NCBI RefSeq assembly: GCF_000143415.4
Contig: NW_003314265.1
Location: 3,055,181-3,119,180, forward strand
Reading direction: 5' to 3'
DNA length: 64,000 nucleotides
Origin: Selaginella moellendorffii
Taxonomy: Eukaryota; Plantae; Lycopodiophyta
The translations under genes and the position numbers were made by a program. Positions 25,431 through 37,871 of the stretch are shown piece by piece. The notes beneath the pieces were generated by a model. That model did not search any database. It was not told where the DNA came from and saw nothing but the letters and a program-made list of their open reading frames with translations. Each line of letters starts with the position of its first letter. Position 1 is the first letter of the stretch.

Positions 25431-26803
25431 CCGGTCTCGGTTCCATCTCGGACTCCATCTCGGACTCCACCTCGGGTCCATCTCGGACTCCACCTCGGGT
25501 CCATCTCGGACTCCACCTCGGGCCCATCTCGGACTCCATCTCGGACTCCATCTCGGACTCCATATCAGACTCCATCTCGGACTCCATCTCGGACTCCATC
25601 TCGGACTCCATCTCGGACTCCATCTCGGACTCCATATCGGACTACATTTCGGACTCCATCTCGGACTCCATATCGGACTCCATTTCGGGTCCATCTTGGA
25701 CTCCATCTCGGACTCCATATCGGACTTCACTTCGGGTCTATCTCGGACTCCATATCGGACTCCACTTCGGGTCTATCTCGGACTCCATCTCGGGTCTGCC
25801 TCGGACTCCATCTCGGACACTTCCACGTGTCATGTGTTGGTCCTTTCAGGTCCCTTTTTAGAGCCTCGCTTATGGCTCGCTTCGTGCTCATTCCTTGAGC
25901 ACTTTGTTGGGAGTTCCACTCCCGCTCTCGACCTTTCAAGTCGGAGCTTTTAGTCCAAACGTGTTATGCTTGTTTGGCTTTCGCTTCGGCCACTACCACG
26001 TGGCACCCTTCCGGCTCCACTTTGGGGCCTAGGGATTTTGTGTCTCACAAACACTTCACTAAGCTACCCCACTTGTCGGTTTATATTCACTCTAGTCTTG
26101 AACTTCCCAATGGTTAACCCATCACCCAACAACTGGGTATAGCCTTCCTGAGCTAAATTGGCCTTTCCTGGCCAAACTGACTCCATTGGGCTCTAACTCC
26201 CATACTTTCCCTACTATACTTTTGGAACCCCCTTGCAGCCCCCCCCGGGAGACAATTGCTTTGGGCTTTCACCCAATAGCCTGCATTAGTATTCAGACTT
26301 GGACTCGGACTTAGACTTGGACTCAGGCTCAGACTTGGTCTCGGTCTCGGGTCCATCTCGGGTCCATCTCGGACTCCATCTCGAACTCCATCTTGAACTC
26401 CATTTCGGACTTTATCTCGGACTTCATCTTGGGTCTATCTCGGGTCCATCTCAAACTCCATCTCGAGTCCATCTTGAACTCCATCTTGAGTCCATCTTGA
26501 ACTCCATCTCGAGTCCATCTCAGACTCCATCTTGGGTCCATCTTAGACTCCATCTTGGATCCATTTTGGACTCCATCTCAAATCCATCTCGGGTTTATCT
26601 TGGGTCCCTTTTTTAGAGATTCACTTATTGTTCGCTTCGTGCTTGTTCTTCGAGTTCTTTTTTGGGAGTTCTACTCATGCTCTTGACCTTTCAAGTCGAA
26701 GCTTTTAATCCAAACATTTTACACTCATTTGGCTTTTACTTTGGCCACTACCATATGGCACCCTTTTGGCTCCACTTTGGGGCTTAGGGATTTGTGTCTC
26801 ACA
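23522..26803 (-). mobile_element. Older solo LTR of the LARD-like family (interrupted by a younger solo LTR)
   Basis: Starts TGTAATTGACTAAATTTTCCATTC and ends TGTGTCTCACA. TSD TATAA at 23517-23521 and 26804-26808. Strand inferred from the full element. Confidence 0.92.
24304..26049 (-). mobile_element. Younger solo LTR of the same family nested in the older solo LTR
   Basis: TGTAAGCGACTAAA...TGTGTCTCACA with TSD AACAC (24299-24303 and 26050-26054). Minisatellite at ~25328-25820. Confidence 0.95.
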
Positions 26804-27189
26804 TATAAGTGTGTAGTATATATGATGTGGACAAATCAAAAAAGTTAAATCTATATATATTTTCAAGATTGAAAAATAATCTTGCAAAAAAGCCTACTCA
26901 CATGCCTTTGTGCATTTGCCATTATTATATATAGCAGGATAGCTATATAAAATAAGGATACATATTAATTATATGCTGGTTTTTAGCTTTTGGAACCCTA
27001 TAGCCACTTGTCTTTAATAATAAGTTGTAATTACCGAGACTGACAATTATGATTTAATATATTGTCATGTCATAATAAAACATCATTCCCGAGATTGAAA
27101 TATAGTATATTAATCAGAGAATTTTTATTGCTAAAGAGTTTAATTCTTCTTGTGTGTTGCAATGGTTTGGAAGAAATTTTACTTTTAGT

Positions 27190-28510
27190 CCTAAAGGCCT
27201 TTTATATGAGTCTCCACTTCCATCTCTAAGCTCAATCAATAATCCACTTTCACCTTTATGCAATAATTCTCCTCTTTATTTTAAAGGGTATTGTGAGAGT
27301 TTTTCATTTGCGACCTCAAGTGCAACTGAACAAAAGTTCCCTCCTTATAATGTTGTTAAAAGAGTTGGATTACTTCTAATGTTCCAAGAATGATGCTAAC
27401 ATTTTCTTCAAGATCTTACTCTAGATATGGCAAGAGAGCTTAATGTAGATATATATTATCTTTGGTATCTTATATACTACTTTTATTTGAACAAAATAAA
27501 TAGTTGCATAGGTTTGGTAAAGTTTATTGAGCATTGTCACAAATGCCCAAGAGTGTGCACATATGGATGTATAAAAAAATCAAGAAAGAATTAAAGACAC
27601 ACAACTATTATGATTTTATGGTGAAGAACAATATTCCATTTGTAAACACTATATTAGTGAGTGTTGAATATGGGATATTTAGGCCACCCTTAAATGTAAT
27701 GTGAAAGTCATACACAATTTCTTCAAAAGTTTAGTTCACTATGAAGAAAGTGGGGAATCTTATATTTTTGAGAATGATAGTATTCTAGTATGTATAAAGA
27801 CATTATTATATATACAAGTGGTTCTAAAACTATTATAATTCTAAAGTCCCATTTTTGAGATTGACAATCTAAACTTTCAAGAACCCCTAGATCTTTTCTT
27901 AGTACAACTATCAACAAGGGATGCTTTTAACACTGAAAATTCAATTTGTTTAAAATGTAGGAATGGTTAGGGAGAATGTTATTGCTACTCACACTTGGCC
28001 CCCATATATTTTATATAAGTCTTCACCTCCATCTCCAACTTCTACTAACATTCCACCCTTCCATCCACACAACATTTATTGTGAGGCTCTTCTTTTTGTA
28101 GCCCCAAGTATGACTGAACAAAAGATCTCTCTTCCAGATAATGTTCTAAATATTGCTACTAAAGATGGATTGCCTCATATGCTTTAAAAGTGATGGCAGA
28201 TGTTTCTTCAAGATCTTACTCTAGATATGGTTGAAACTTTTGAAAGAATGAACACATATTATCTTCAGTGTTCTATATGTTACTTTTATTTGGATAAGAC
28301 GAAAGGCTGCATGAGTCTAGAAACTTTTCTAGAACATTGTTACAACTGCCTAAGAATTGGTGGGGAAGGTGTGCATAAATGGATATATAGGAAAATCAAG
28401 AAAAAGTTAATAACACACAAATATTTTTTTTTATGGTGAGGAACAATATTCTATTAGTAAATACTACATCTATAAGTGCTAAATATGGTATTTTTAGGCC
28501 ACCCTTCTAA
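27190..28510 (+). repeat. Diverged tandem pair (~27190-27690 and ~28010-28510) of a decayed coding-like segment
   Basis: Shared TTTCTTCAAGATCTTACTCTAGATATGG, AAAATCAAGAAA and TTTAGGCCACCCTT. The second copy reads FLQDLTLDMVE...FLEHCYNC...VHKWIYRKIKKKL. Confidence 0.7.
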
Positions 28511-29732
28511 AGTTTTAGCTACTAATAATTCTTACACTATGATATTATCCATTCCCCCCCCCCTCCCTCTTGCCATTTATTTTTAATAAAAAAATAGTAT
28601 TACATATAGGTAATAAACTCGTAATACTAGTAATTATAAAATTTGATAGATTGACACTGTAGCTATCTTTGACATTGTCACTATCATTATCATATTGACA
28701 TATAACATGCTTTTTTCATTGCAAGTTAATGCATTCAACTATCTTTTACTATGGTGGTAATAGCAATGATGGCAGCTGCAGTGGTAACAGTGGTGATGAT
28801 AGTAGTGGTAATGGTGGGTTTACCATATTCAGCATGGATGTAGAATGGAGCCATTTGAAATATTGTTTTTAACTCTTTCTTGATTTTCCGGTGCACTGTG
28901 GGCAACAACACTGCTCCATTTGCTGACTCCTACACATGGTATGCCAGTGTACTATGGGGCTTGGCCATGGATGAGGCATGTGGGTCTAGCCCATGGGGTG
29001 CAGCACGGGGGGCAACCTGGCCTATGTGTTGCTCAGCTCAGCATATGTGCAATGGTAGTGTGCAGCCCAATTCGCATGGCAAGTGTGGAGGCATAGCATT
29101 GAGCAATGTTGAGAGATGCAGATTGAGGTGGCAGTATGAGGGGGAGGAGGAGAAAAAAAATGACTTACCCTTGGTGGTATTATTTTTGATGTTGATGGAT
29201 TCCATAGAGTCGCTCCTAATCTCCCACTTTACTTTTTGTAAAAACCTTAATGCTGGCAACTACCCTAACCCTAACTTAGCTTTCATCAGGGCCGTTCATT
29301 GTGGATGCAATAAATCTCATGTGTCCATTATGCTGCAATTATTTGCTAGCAATCTACAATTTCTACTCCGTCCTAGATTTGATCATGTGACAAAGTCTTT
29401 TTGAGTTATAACCTAATAATAGAGGTATGTTATAATATCACTGTGACATAATGTGGAAATAATGTGACAGTCGCATGTGTGGAATTGATCATAATATGAA
29501 ATTATAAATGAGCATTATGTGTTTTCTTACACGTCATAAAATCTTGTCATAAAATATAAGATTCTGATAATCACAAGATGTTATTTCCAAAGCAATGTGA
29601 TAGATAATTTAATACAAGTGATAGATGGTAGTGCACAAATGGAATATATTTAAATGAGTTCAAAAAAATGTGATGATTTCTAGCTTTAATGAAGTACTAA
29701 AAATATGTATAATATTTAATTTTTTTGGCAAC

Positions 29733-30138
29733 AGTTGATCGATGGTAGATCTTAGAATAAAATCATTCCTATCTTCCACATTATAGCACATGCTTGAGGT
29801 GATATTTCTTTCTGTTTTGTTGAAAGTTAGTCTATATAATAACTTTGAGCATGTTTTGAATTCAATGTATACAAACTTTAAACATTGTATAACATAGTCC
29901 TCTATACTTTATATAGACCTTATTATAACATTGTTAATTGATGGTAGATCCTAGAATAAAATCACCCTTACGTTTCATATAATGACACATGAGGTGATAT
30001 TTCTTTTTATTGTAACTCTAAATTTGAGCATAACTTTGAGGATATTTTTGAATCCAGTAAAAAGATTGGAAGACAATATGAACTTTTAGTATTGTATAAT
30101 AACATAATTCTTTTATACCTCTAATAGACCTTATCATC
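29733..30138 (+). repeat. ~200-bp tandem duplication
   Basis: GATGGTAGATC.TAGAATAAAATCA...GAGGTGATATTTCTT...ATAGACCTTAT occurs twice. Confidence 0.75.
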
Positions 30139-30818
30139 AAAGTTTAAACTTCCAAAACTTAAAAGCAACAAAATGGAGAGTTTTCTTCTACATTACTAAG
30201 ATCACCCACCACTTTTTTTCTCCTAAAGTTTTGTTTCAGAAAGTTTTCTTTGCCGACATTTTGATTTTTCTCTTAGTTTCGTTTCATTGGAGGCTGTGAT
30301 TTGTAATAACACTGGTGTAGTTGAACGATAAGAGTTTCGTGTGGGTGAAGGTGGATAGCATTGGGATTTGCAACATTATAAATCCAAGAAGATTTGGTTT
30401 CTAGATCTCCAATCAAAGTGTAAGGCTATGATCATACCAAAGTAAATGTGAAGCAATCATTTCCTTCTCTTCTAGTTCTAGTGGAGATGCCAGTCTAGTG
30501 CTATCCAAAAATCTGCCAACTCCGACTTCATAAATATTCAAAGTTATTTGCAACACTTTCCAATTCTCCTGCCTCTCTATTGACATGCGCTTGTTTTTGC
30601 ATAGGCTTGTTAGCAAGCTCCCATCTATATACAATAGCAAGAGTGCAGACCATACTTAAGCTCACGAGCTGAAGAGTTAAGCTCACAAGTTGAGCTCAAT
30701 TTTCAATTGTAATTTAGTATAAGGTTATGGCAAACCTAATAATTTCATAACTCTCTATATATTATATTGATAAAAATGTTCTAAAGAACACTTCTTGTTC
30801 TAATAATTTAAATATTTA

Positions 30819-31963
30819 CTACATGCAATGATAGGGACTCGGCAATTCTTTAGGTAATGCATTAGGTTTAGTCACTATAGTGTCTTCAAGCCGCTTTGTA
30901 TGGTTAACATCAGTGTTGCAGCAATATAGCCAACACCATCTTGAAAATCCTACTTGTTTTTGTTCCCCATGGAAACATGGGGTTGGAACAGAAGTAGGCT
31001 TGTCACCATGGATCCAATCCCAACACTTGCCCCTTGAAAGCATCCCCACACACCTTATATTTGATTTTGCTGGCACTTGACAGATTGCCCATTGCTGTAG
31101 CGCATGTGATCATGGGATGAGATTTGGATATACTGTCACCGTGGATCCTTGGAACCTTGGGGGATAAATGGGGATAAAATAGCCACTAAGGGCTCTCTCA
31201 TCAAGCAATTGCCCCTTTTCCAGTTGGCTTAAGGGGAGAGAGATAAGGTGCGCTACAGTTGGTATCAGAGCAAATGGCACGGGTTCGATTCCCATTGATT
31301 AGTGGCTACTTAAAAATATAATATACCCTTGAGCAAGGTATATTCCTACCCCTAAATTTGAAATCGTACGTATTGGGCATCCATGCATTCTTGTGTGGAG
31401 TATCCACAGACGAAGGTATCCACCATAGGACTATAGTACGGGTGGATGACTAGCTACCTTGGCTCAGTAGGGGTTGTTAGTCAATAGTCAATGAGGACAT
31501 TGACATCTCTGAAGGGGGGGTGAGTGTAGCGCATGTGATCATGGGATGAGATTTGGATATACTGTCACCGTGGATCCTTGGAACCTTGGGGGATAAATGG
31601 GGATAAAATAGCCACTAAAGGCTCTCTCATCAAGCAATTGCCCCTTTTCTAGTTGGCTTAAGGGGAGAGAGATAAGGTGCGCTACAATTGCTTCGGCCCC
31701 ATGCTACGATAAGCAATTTAAACATGTTGTGATGCACTTTCTTTATCAGCCACTTGAGGTGGCTTGATTTCGAGGCGATGTCTTGGAGCAGAATGATACT
31801 CAACATCAGGCCTATGAGAGCTTTTTGCTCCAAGATCCATGCCAACATCTTCACCAGCAAAGGAAAAGCGACGCTTTGAGTGGATGGTCTTCATGTCACC
31901 AATAGAAGCCCGGGGAGTGTACTCCATAGATGTGCCGTAGACACTTCCTCCACTGGATTTCAT
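30819..31963 (-). pseudogene. Fragment of a Cys/Trp-rich protein gene split by a TRIM insertion
   Basis: Removing 31096-31691 joins ...ESASQHV*IAYRSMGPKQ to WAICQVPAKSNIRCVGMLSRGKC...PCFHGEQ...WCWLYCC in one frame. Confidence 0.55.
31096..31686 (+). mobile_element. TRIM family B, young complete copy
   Basis: Near-identical 162-bp TDRs at 31096-31257 and 31525-31686. PBS TGGTATCAGAGC at 31260-31271, PPT GAAGGGGGGGTGAG, TSD ATTGC. Confidence 0.96.
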
Positions 31964-31969
31964 TTAACG

Positions 31970-32760
31970 GATGATAGTCATTTCATTTAGAAGATGATAG
32001 TCAATGCAGAACCAAATATTCTCATCAGGCTTTGTCACAAGATAAGGTTCACATGCCCAAGAACTCCACGTCTTTCAAAAAACACCCTTTTCTAATATCC
32101 CTTTGACATTTGCATGTAAAATTTTAATCTCTTTGGGTGACCAATGATGAATAGGAACTTTGATTGGATGAACATCCCCAGTGGGAATCAAATGACATGT
32201 GCAATCTTGGCCCCAGATGATAGGTCAAATTCAAAGAGATCAGCATAGTCCTTCATAAATTAGTCAACTACTGCAACACAAAGACCATCAGAGGGATCAG
32301 AAAAGGAAAGAGCGGAACAAAATAGAAACATCAAAGGAAGTAATGGGGAAACAAAAGTAATGGAAGTATAGGTAGAAGCAAAAAGACGAAGAGGTACAAA
32401 AGTGAGAGGAATGAATAAAATATAAAGAAGTATGAGACAAGAGAAAGAAGCCTCAAAGTCACATTTGGCATGAGTGCATTGCAACCAATCCATACCAAGG
32501 ATGAAATCAAAAGCTTGATTTAGCACCACTTGCAATAATTGCAACTCAAGCTCAAAATTGCCCACATGCATAACTAAGTCCTCATCATCCTGTGCACATG
32601 CATGTGTATGGCCATTGCCATAAAGAATAAAAACTGGCTCTACCGCATGATACAAATGTAAACAGCAACTTATGGCAACAGGTTAAACAATAGAAGATAA
32701 ACTTGAACTTGTATCAACCAACATGGGATGATGCTCAGCATTTGTATGAGTTTCCCATGT
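31970..32760 (-). mobile_element. Ty3/gypsy remnant (protease to RT N-terminus)
   Basis: MLVDTSSSLS-type protease, FDFILGMDWL, and ...LVTKPDENIWFCIDY. Confidence 0.75.
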
Positions 32761-32779
32761 GTCTCTAAGGGATAACATT

Positions 32780-35260
32780 TCAGTGGTATAATGGTTTGAG
32801 TGCAACCACTTGTGCAAATTGAAATATTCTCCTAGACATCTTTAAGTGCATAATTAGATATGCTAACAATTGTGATGATACCTTCCAACAATTGCATCTT
32901 CTTTGGCAGGCCATCTGAGTCAGTGATACAATTTGGTGTTCACTTCTAGAGCCTTTTGCTTCATATGAAACCAAATATATTAGAGTGGATCAAGTTAGGA
33001 ATGTTGTGGCCAATACTTTATCAAAATCTTGTAGGACTTGTGCATGCACTTGCTCCAACCACCCTTAACGATGCTCTTCAATTGGCACAATATTATGAAA
33101 TATTGCCTTTTCCACTTCTCGTTGCACATCCTTTAACTCCACTTCCTATGGGAGATGGTCCTATTTTGATGGAGGTTGATGTTGTTGTTGCTCATGTTCA
33201 AAGGTAAAGGCAAGGACATGGTCATAGCCATAATGTCCACTGTTAGGTGTGTGATGAGGTTGGTCACATGTATCAGCGTTATCAGCATTTGCATCCCCCA
33301 TTTTCTAGGTGAAGGCCTTAGCATTAACATCTTGTTGATGCTGCTATAGTAAAAAGTTTTGACATAAAGATTCTTCCAGGGAAACAAGGAGTCGTATAAG
33401 TAACGAATGGTCTTTATGTGAATAAGTTAGTGATGCCTCCATCTTTCTTTCAAGAATACCATTAAAGTTTTATTTGGCACTAGTTCATCCAATGTTTGCT
33501 TTCCAAGCTTGTTTTTATAATAAAAGGTTTTCTATTATTCTCTTTGTGTTAGTTGATATAAATTTAAGTTTACTCTTTATTGCTTAGCTTGTTCCCACAT
33601 ATTGCCATCTACAGTTGTGTCATGAGGCAAAGCTAATTTTTATTCTTTATGGCAACAATTGTATACATGCATATGCACAGATGATGCAAACCTAATTATG
33701 CGTATGGGAGATCTAAAGTTTGAACTTCAATAATTAAGGGTGGTGTAGAGTTAAGCTTTTGACTTCATCCTTGGGTGGATTATTTGCAACGCAATCATGC
33801 CAAGTGTGATTTTGAGGCTTTTCCATTTTATTTCAAACTTCTTTATATTTTTTCCATTCCTTTCATTTCTATTCCCTTTTGTCCCTCCTATATTTTCATC
33901 ACTTTTGTTTCTTCATTACTTTTTACTATGTTTCCATCTTATTCATTTATTCCCTCTCTAGATCCTTATGATAGTTTTTATGTTGCGACAATGAATTGAC
34001 ACAAGAAGGAGTATATTGATCTCTTTAACTCTGATCTATTATCTGGGGCTAAGATTGCAACACATTATCTTATTCCAACTAGGGATGGTCATCCACTCAA
34101 AGTTTTTGTTCGGCATCAGTCACTAAAGGAGATCAATTTTACACACGTGAACATGAAAGAAATGTTAGAGAAGGGTGTTATCTGAAAGTCTTTGAGTTCT
34201 TGGGTATATATAGATGTGTACCCTCTTCCTTATACTACTGATCTTCTAGATTGTCTAGGGAGAAGTCGTTAATTCACTAAGTTGAATCTTGCTTTTGAGT
34301 ACTAATAAGTATCGATGGCCAAAAAGAATTTTTCATACACCATTTGGTTTGTATGAGTTCTTAGTAATGCTGTTTTGTTTGAATAATGCTCCAACAACTT
34401 TTTAGTGGAGGTTCTTTGCAATATGTTAGAGGTGACTATTGACTTTATTAATGATGTCTCGATCTACTCGGAGGGGATATGGGAAGAGCACATCCGTGAT
34501 ATTCGTAAGGTGTTGGATCGATTACGAGAAGTTGGTTTAAAGCTGAAATGGTCGAAGTGCATGTTTAGATCCAAAGACATTACTTATCTTGGGTATTGTA
34601 TTTCTTATGAAGGTTAGCAAGTTGATCCTGACAAACTTGTGGCTATTCTAAAATTCCTTACTCCAAAGTGTGTAAATGATGTGCAATGCTTCTTAAATAA
34701 GGTGCAATATCTCAGTTGTTTTATTGATTATCTTTCTAATTGTACTGCACTATTACAAGTGTTATTAAAGTTGACAATATTGTCTTTCATCTGGTCTGTG
34801 GACTATGAGCAAGGGTGTTTATGGATCTCAAAGAGCTATTAATAACTCCTTTAGTTTTTATGTATTTTAACTATACTCAACTTTTTATATTGTGCGTAAA
34901 TGCTTATAATATTGGTCTTAAAAGTGTGTTGATGCAAGAAAGCCTGAGTGTGCTTAATCAACACTATCCCATTACATATATTAGTTATACATTACAACCA
35001 TCATAGATGAACTACTCCATAATAGAGGAGTGCTTAATAGTAGTTTGGGGTTTCGAGAAGCTTAATGCATATTTATATGGTTCTCAGACATTATTAGAAA
35101 GTGATTATGCTGCAATTACTTTGTTATTAAAGTGGAAGAACATAGTTAATCATATTACTTGATGGTCTTTAAAAGTTTAGATATATGATTTTAAAGTTAT
35201 TCATCATCCGGAGAGTTTTATAGCTAATGTTGATACCCTTTCTCAAGCTCCTCTCCCTTC
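32780..35260 (+). mobile_element. Ty3/gypsy remnant (gag-PR-RT-RNaseH) of the same family, in opposite orientation
   Basis: PTTLNDALQLA/PILMEVD gag, MDYLQRNHAKCDFEA, FINDVSIYS...LKLKWSKC..YLGY RT, and RNaseH-like ILCVNAYNIGLKSVLMQ...PITYISYTL. Heavily stopped. Confidence 0.8.
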
Positions 35261-37871
35261 TTCGCTCTCTTTTGTTATTCCTGATAAGCCTATATTTCTA
35301 CTTGTTAGAAGATAGTTGAGTGAGATTCCTTAGAATATTCCACTATTAGAATATTCTAGGAGCATAAGATGTTAGGATGCAAGGGTATATTCCCCTCCTT
35401 CCCCATTTTCTAGGATAGGGAGCTCATAAAAGAGGATGTTTTGAAAAGGATTTCAAAGTATGATACCATGTTCTCCCCACCATTGAGACACTCCCATCTT
35501 AACAACTAGCAACTCCACTAAGGAAGATTGCTTTTTAGCTAATCCTCCCTTTGGTTCTTTGGTTTTTATTGGGATTTTGGAGTAAATTCTTGAGAAATGT
35601 GAGTTGTGGTGATAGTGCCAACACTAAAAAGACTTTAGAAGCAAAGAGGAATATGCCCAACTATGAAATTCTAGGTACCATGCTCAAATATTAAGGATTT
35701 CTTGAGTTTCCTTTCTTTTTGGACAAGATAAGTCAGTTTTCTTCTCTTCACGGCTCATTAAGGGATCAATTTGGGAAGCGATGATCATGGGTTTGTAGAT
35801 CTCATTGAGATATGTAGTTTAACATTAAGAATTCCTGGATTTGCTACAAAAATTAGCATATACAACTTCCTTTTTTTCACAGTATGCATATTAGCAATTT
35901 TGGAAGCTTGACATGAGTTGAACACATTAATATTATAATATTTTTTGGGCTCTTTTGATAGATTTACTCACAAGTTTTCTTTGGAGGGTTTGCATGTGAA
36001 ATTTGAGTCAATTTGAAGTGATTTGGAGGAATTTGTCTCTCACACTTGTTTATTTTAAGCATGGGGAAAGGTTTATGAACTTTTTGCTATTTCTTGGGAA
36101 AACATTTTTAATATATTTTTACATAAAGCTATAGGGGAGGTAAAGTTGAGAATTTTGTTTTTCTTTCATTGGTAGAGTCTTTGATGGTTTTTAATGTTTA
36201 ATATTCCTTTGTTCCAATAGTTGAGTCAATTTTACCAAAATTTCAAGTTAAGTGCATTTTCTTGAGAGTTTTTGTTTTACCATTGCTATTGAGGAGGTTT
36301 ATATTTTCTTAAGAGTGTTGACTTTTCTAATAATTTTCCTATGTTAAGTGTTGAGTTATGTATTAAGGAGGTTAAGTGGTGTGAAATTTTAATTTCTTAT
36401 TTTGTGGTGAGTAAAATATTTTATAGAAAGATATCTCTTGTTATTTAGCTTTCTTCTTGAACAAAGTCTCTTATAACATGAGGTCCTCTATTACCCAAGC
36501 TTTGAGTATATGCACTTTTTTCTTATTTCTTTATTTCCATCTTGATAGTTGCTAAAAATTTCTATACTAATACTTGTTTAACAACTTTATTTTCTATAGA
36601 TTTAGATTTAGAAGACAACAAAAAACAAACCCAAACATTAAGCAAAAAATACTGTTAAAAAATTTTGCCTTCTAGAGATAAATTATAGTGCCCCTGAACT
36701 CCACCAATATAAGTACTCAAGATATCAAAATATGTATATTCATAAGGTTTAGAATCTTACAACTAAATTCAATCCCATAAAAATGGTATATTATTATAAG
36801 TTACATATTACTTAAAAGCAACTAAATTTTCTATTTTACTCCTTTTGACTATTTGGAAGTGTCTCATTTATAACCTCCATATAAATCTTCATTTCAACTT
36901 AAGGTACTTGCTAAAATATGAAACTATACTTCAACACTATCATCCACATGTAAGCTTGAAGAGTAATTAAAGTAGTAATGTTAATTTTTCTTGAGCATCA
37001 AGATTTCTTTGTCCAGTAATGAGTTGATAAATTTGTAATCCAATGATCTTGATCTCAATTGCAACTAACACTCTATTATCTAAGATTAATGTGATTGGTA
37101 TAATTTATGTGTTCCTAAGAAATTAATGAAAGTATGAAATAAATATGATCTTGATAATGGTCCTCCATGTGTATACTCTAACTCTTCTTAATTGTCCTTT
37201 TTAGCTTCTTTTTCATTTTTAATCTTTAGAGTAGTCTTTTTTGTGATATACTAACCATTTCTCTAAGTAGCATTTAGTGTAAGGTTTGGTAGAGTTACTA
37301 TTGTACATCTTTAATCTTGTAATATGTTTGATCTCTTAAAGGGATAATTGTTCTACTTTATCAATTTTTTATATTCATTAAAGTCTTTATTCAATGCTAA
37401 AATTTTTTTTTGAGTGTTAAGAATTTTTCCTAAGTATCAAGAAATTTTCATGATTCTCTAAACCTTGAATCTCTATCCACCACCTCTTACCCAATTGGTT
37501 ATTAAGTTTGAAGAAGAATTATAGAGTAGATCTTCACCATTTTTAATCAAATTGGGTTGCTCTCTTTTGTAAAAATTCTTTATGATTTTTATAAAAACAA
37601 GAGATCTTAATTTTTTTACTAACAATCCATTTCATTTTGCAATGCCTCTTATTCTACCATAGTAGCTAGTTGAAACCTGTATTTAAGAGAAAAAAATGAG
37701 AAAAAAAAAACAAGAAATAAAGAGGGAAGGAAAAGAAGTGTGTTTGCTATTGAATTTGCTTTCTGGATCTTCCCCCTCCACCTGGCTAGATCCACAGCCC
37801 AAAAAGTTCAACAACTAACAATTTAAATTTATTAAGAAAAAACTTGGATAAGGGCTAAGAAATTCACTGTT

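Noticed and set aside
25328-25820. Regular repeat array as a possible CRISPR
   Set aside because: Head-to-tail units without unique spacers, no cas genes, eukaryotic context.
31260-31295. tRNA gene (also 9918-9957)
   Set aside because: Only a PBS and B-box-like motifs; no cloverleaf could be built.
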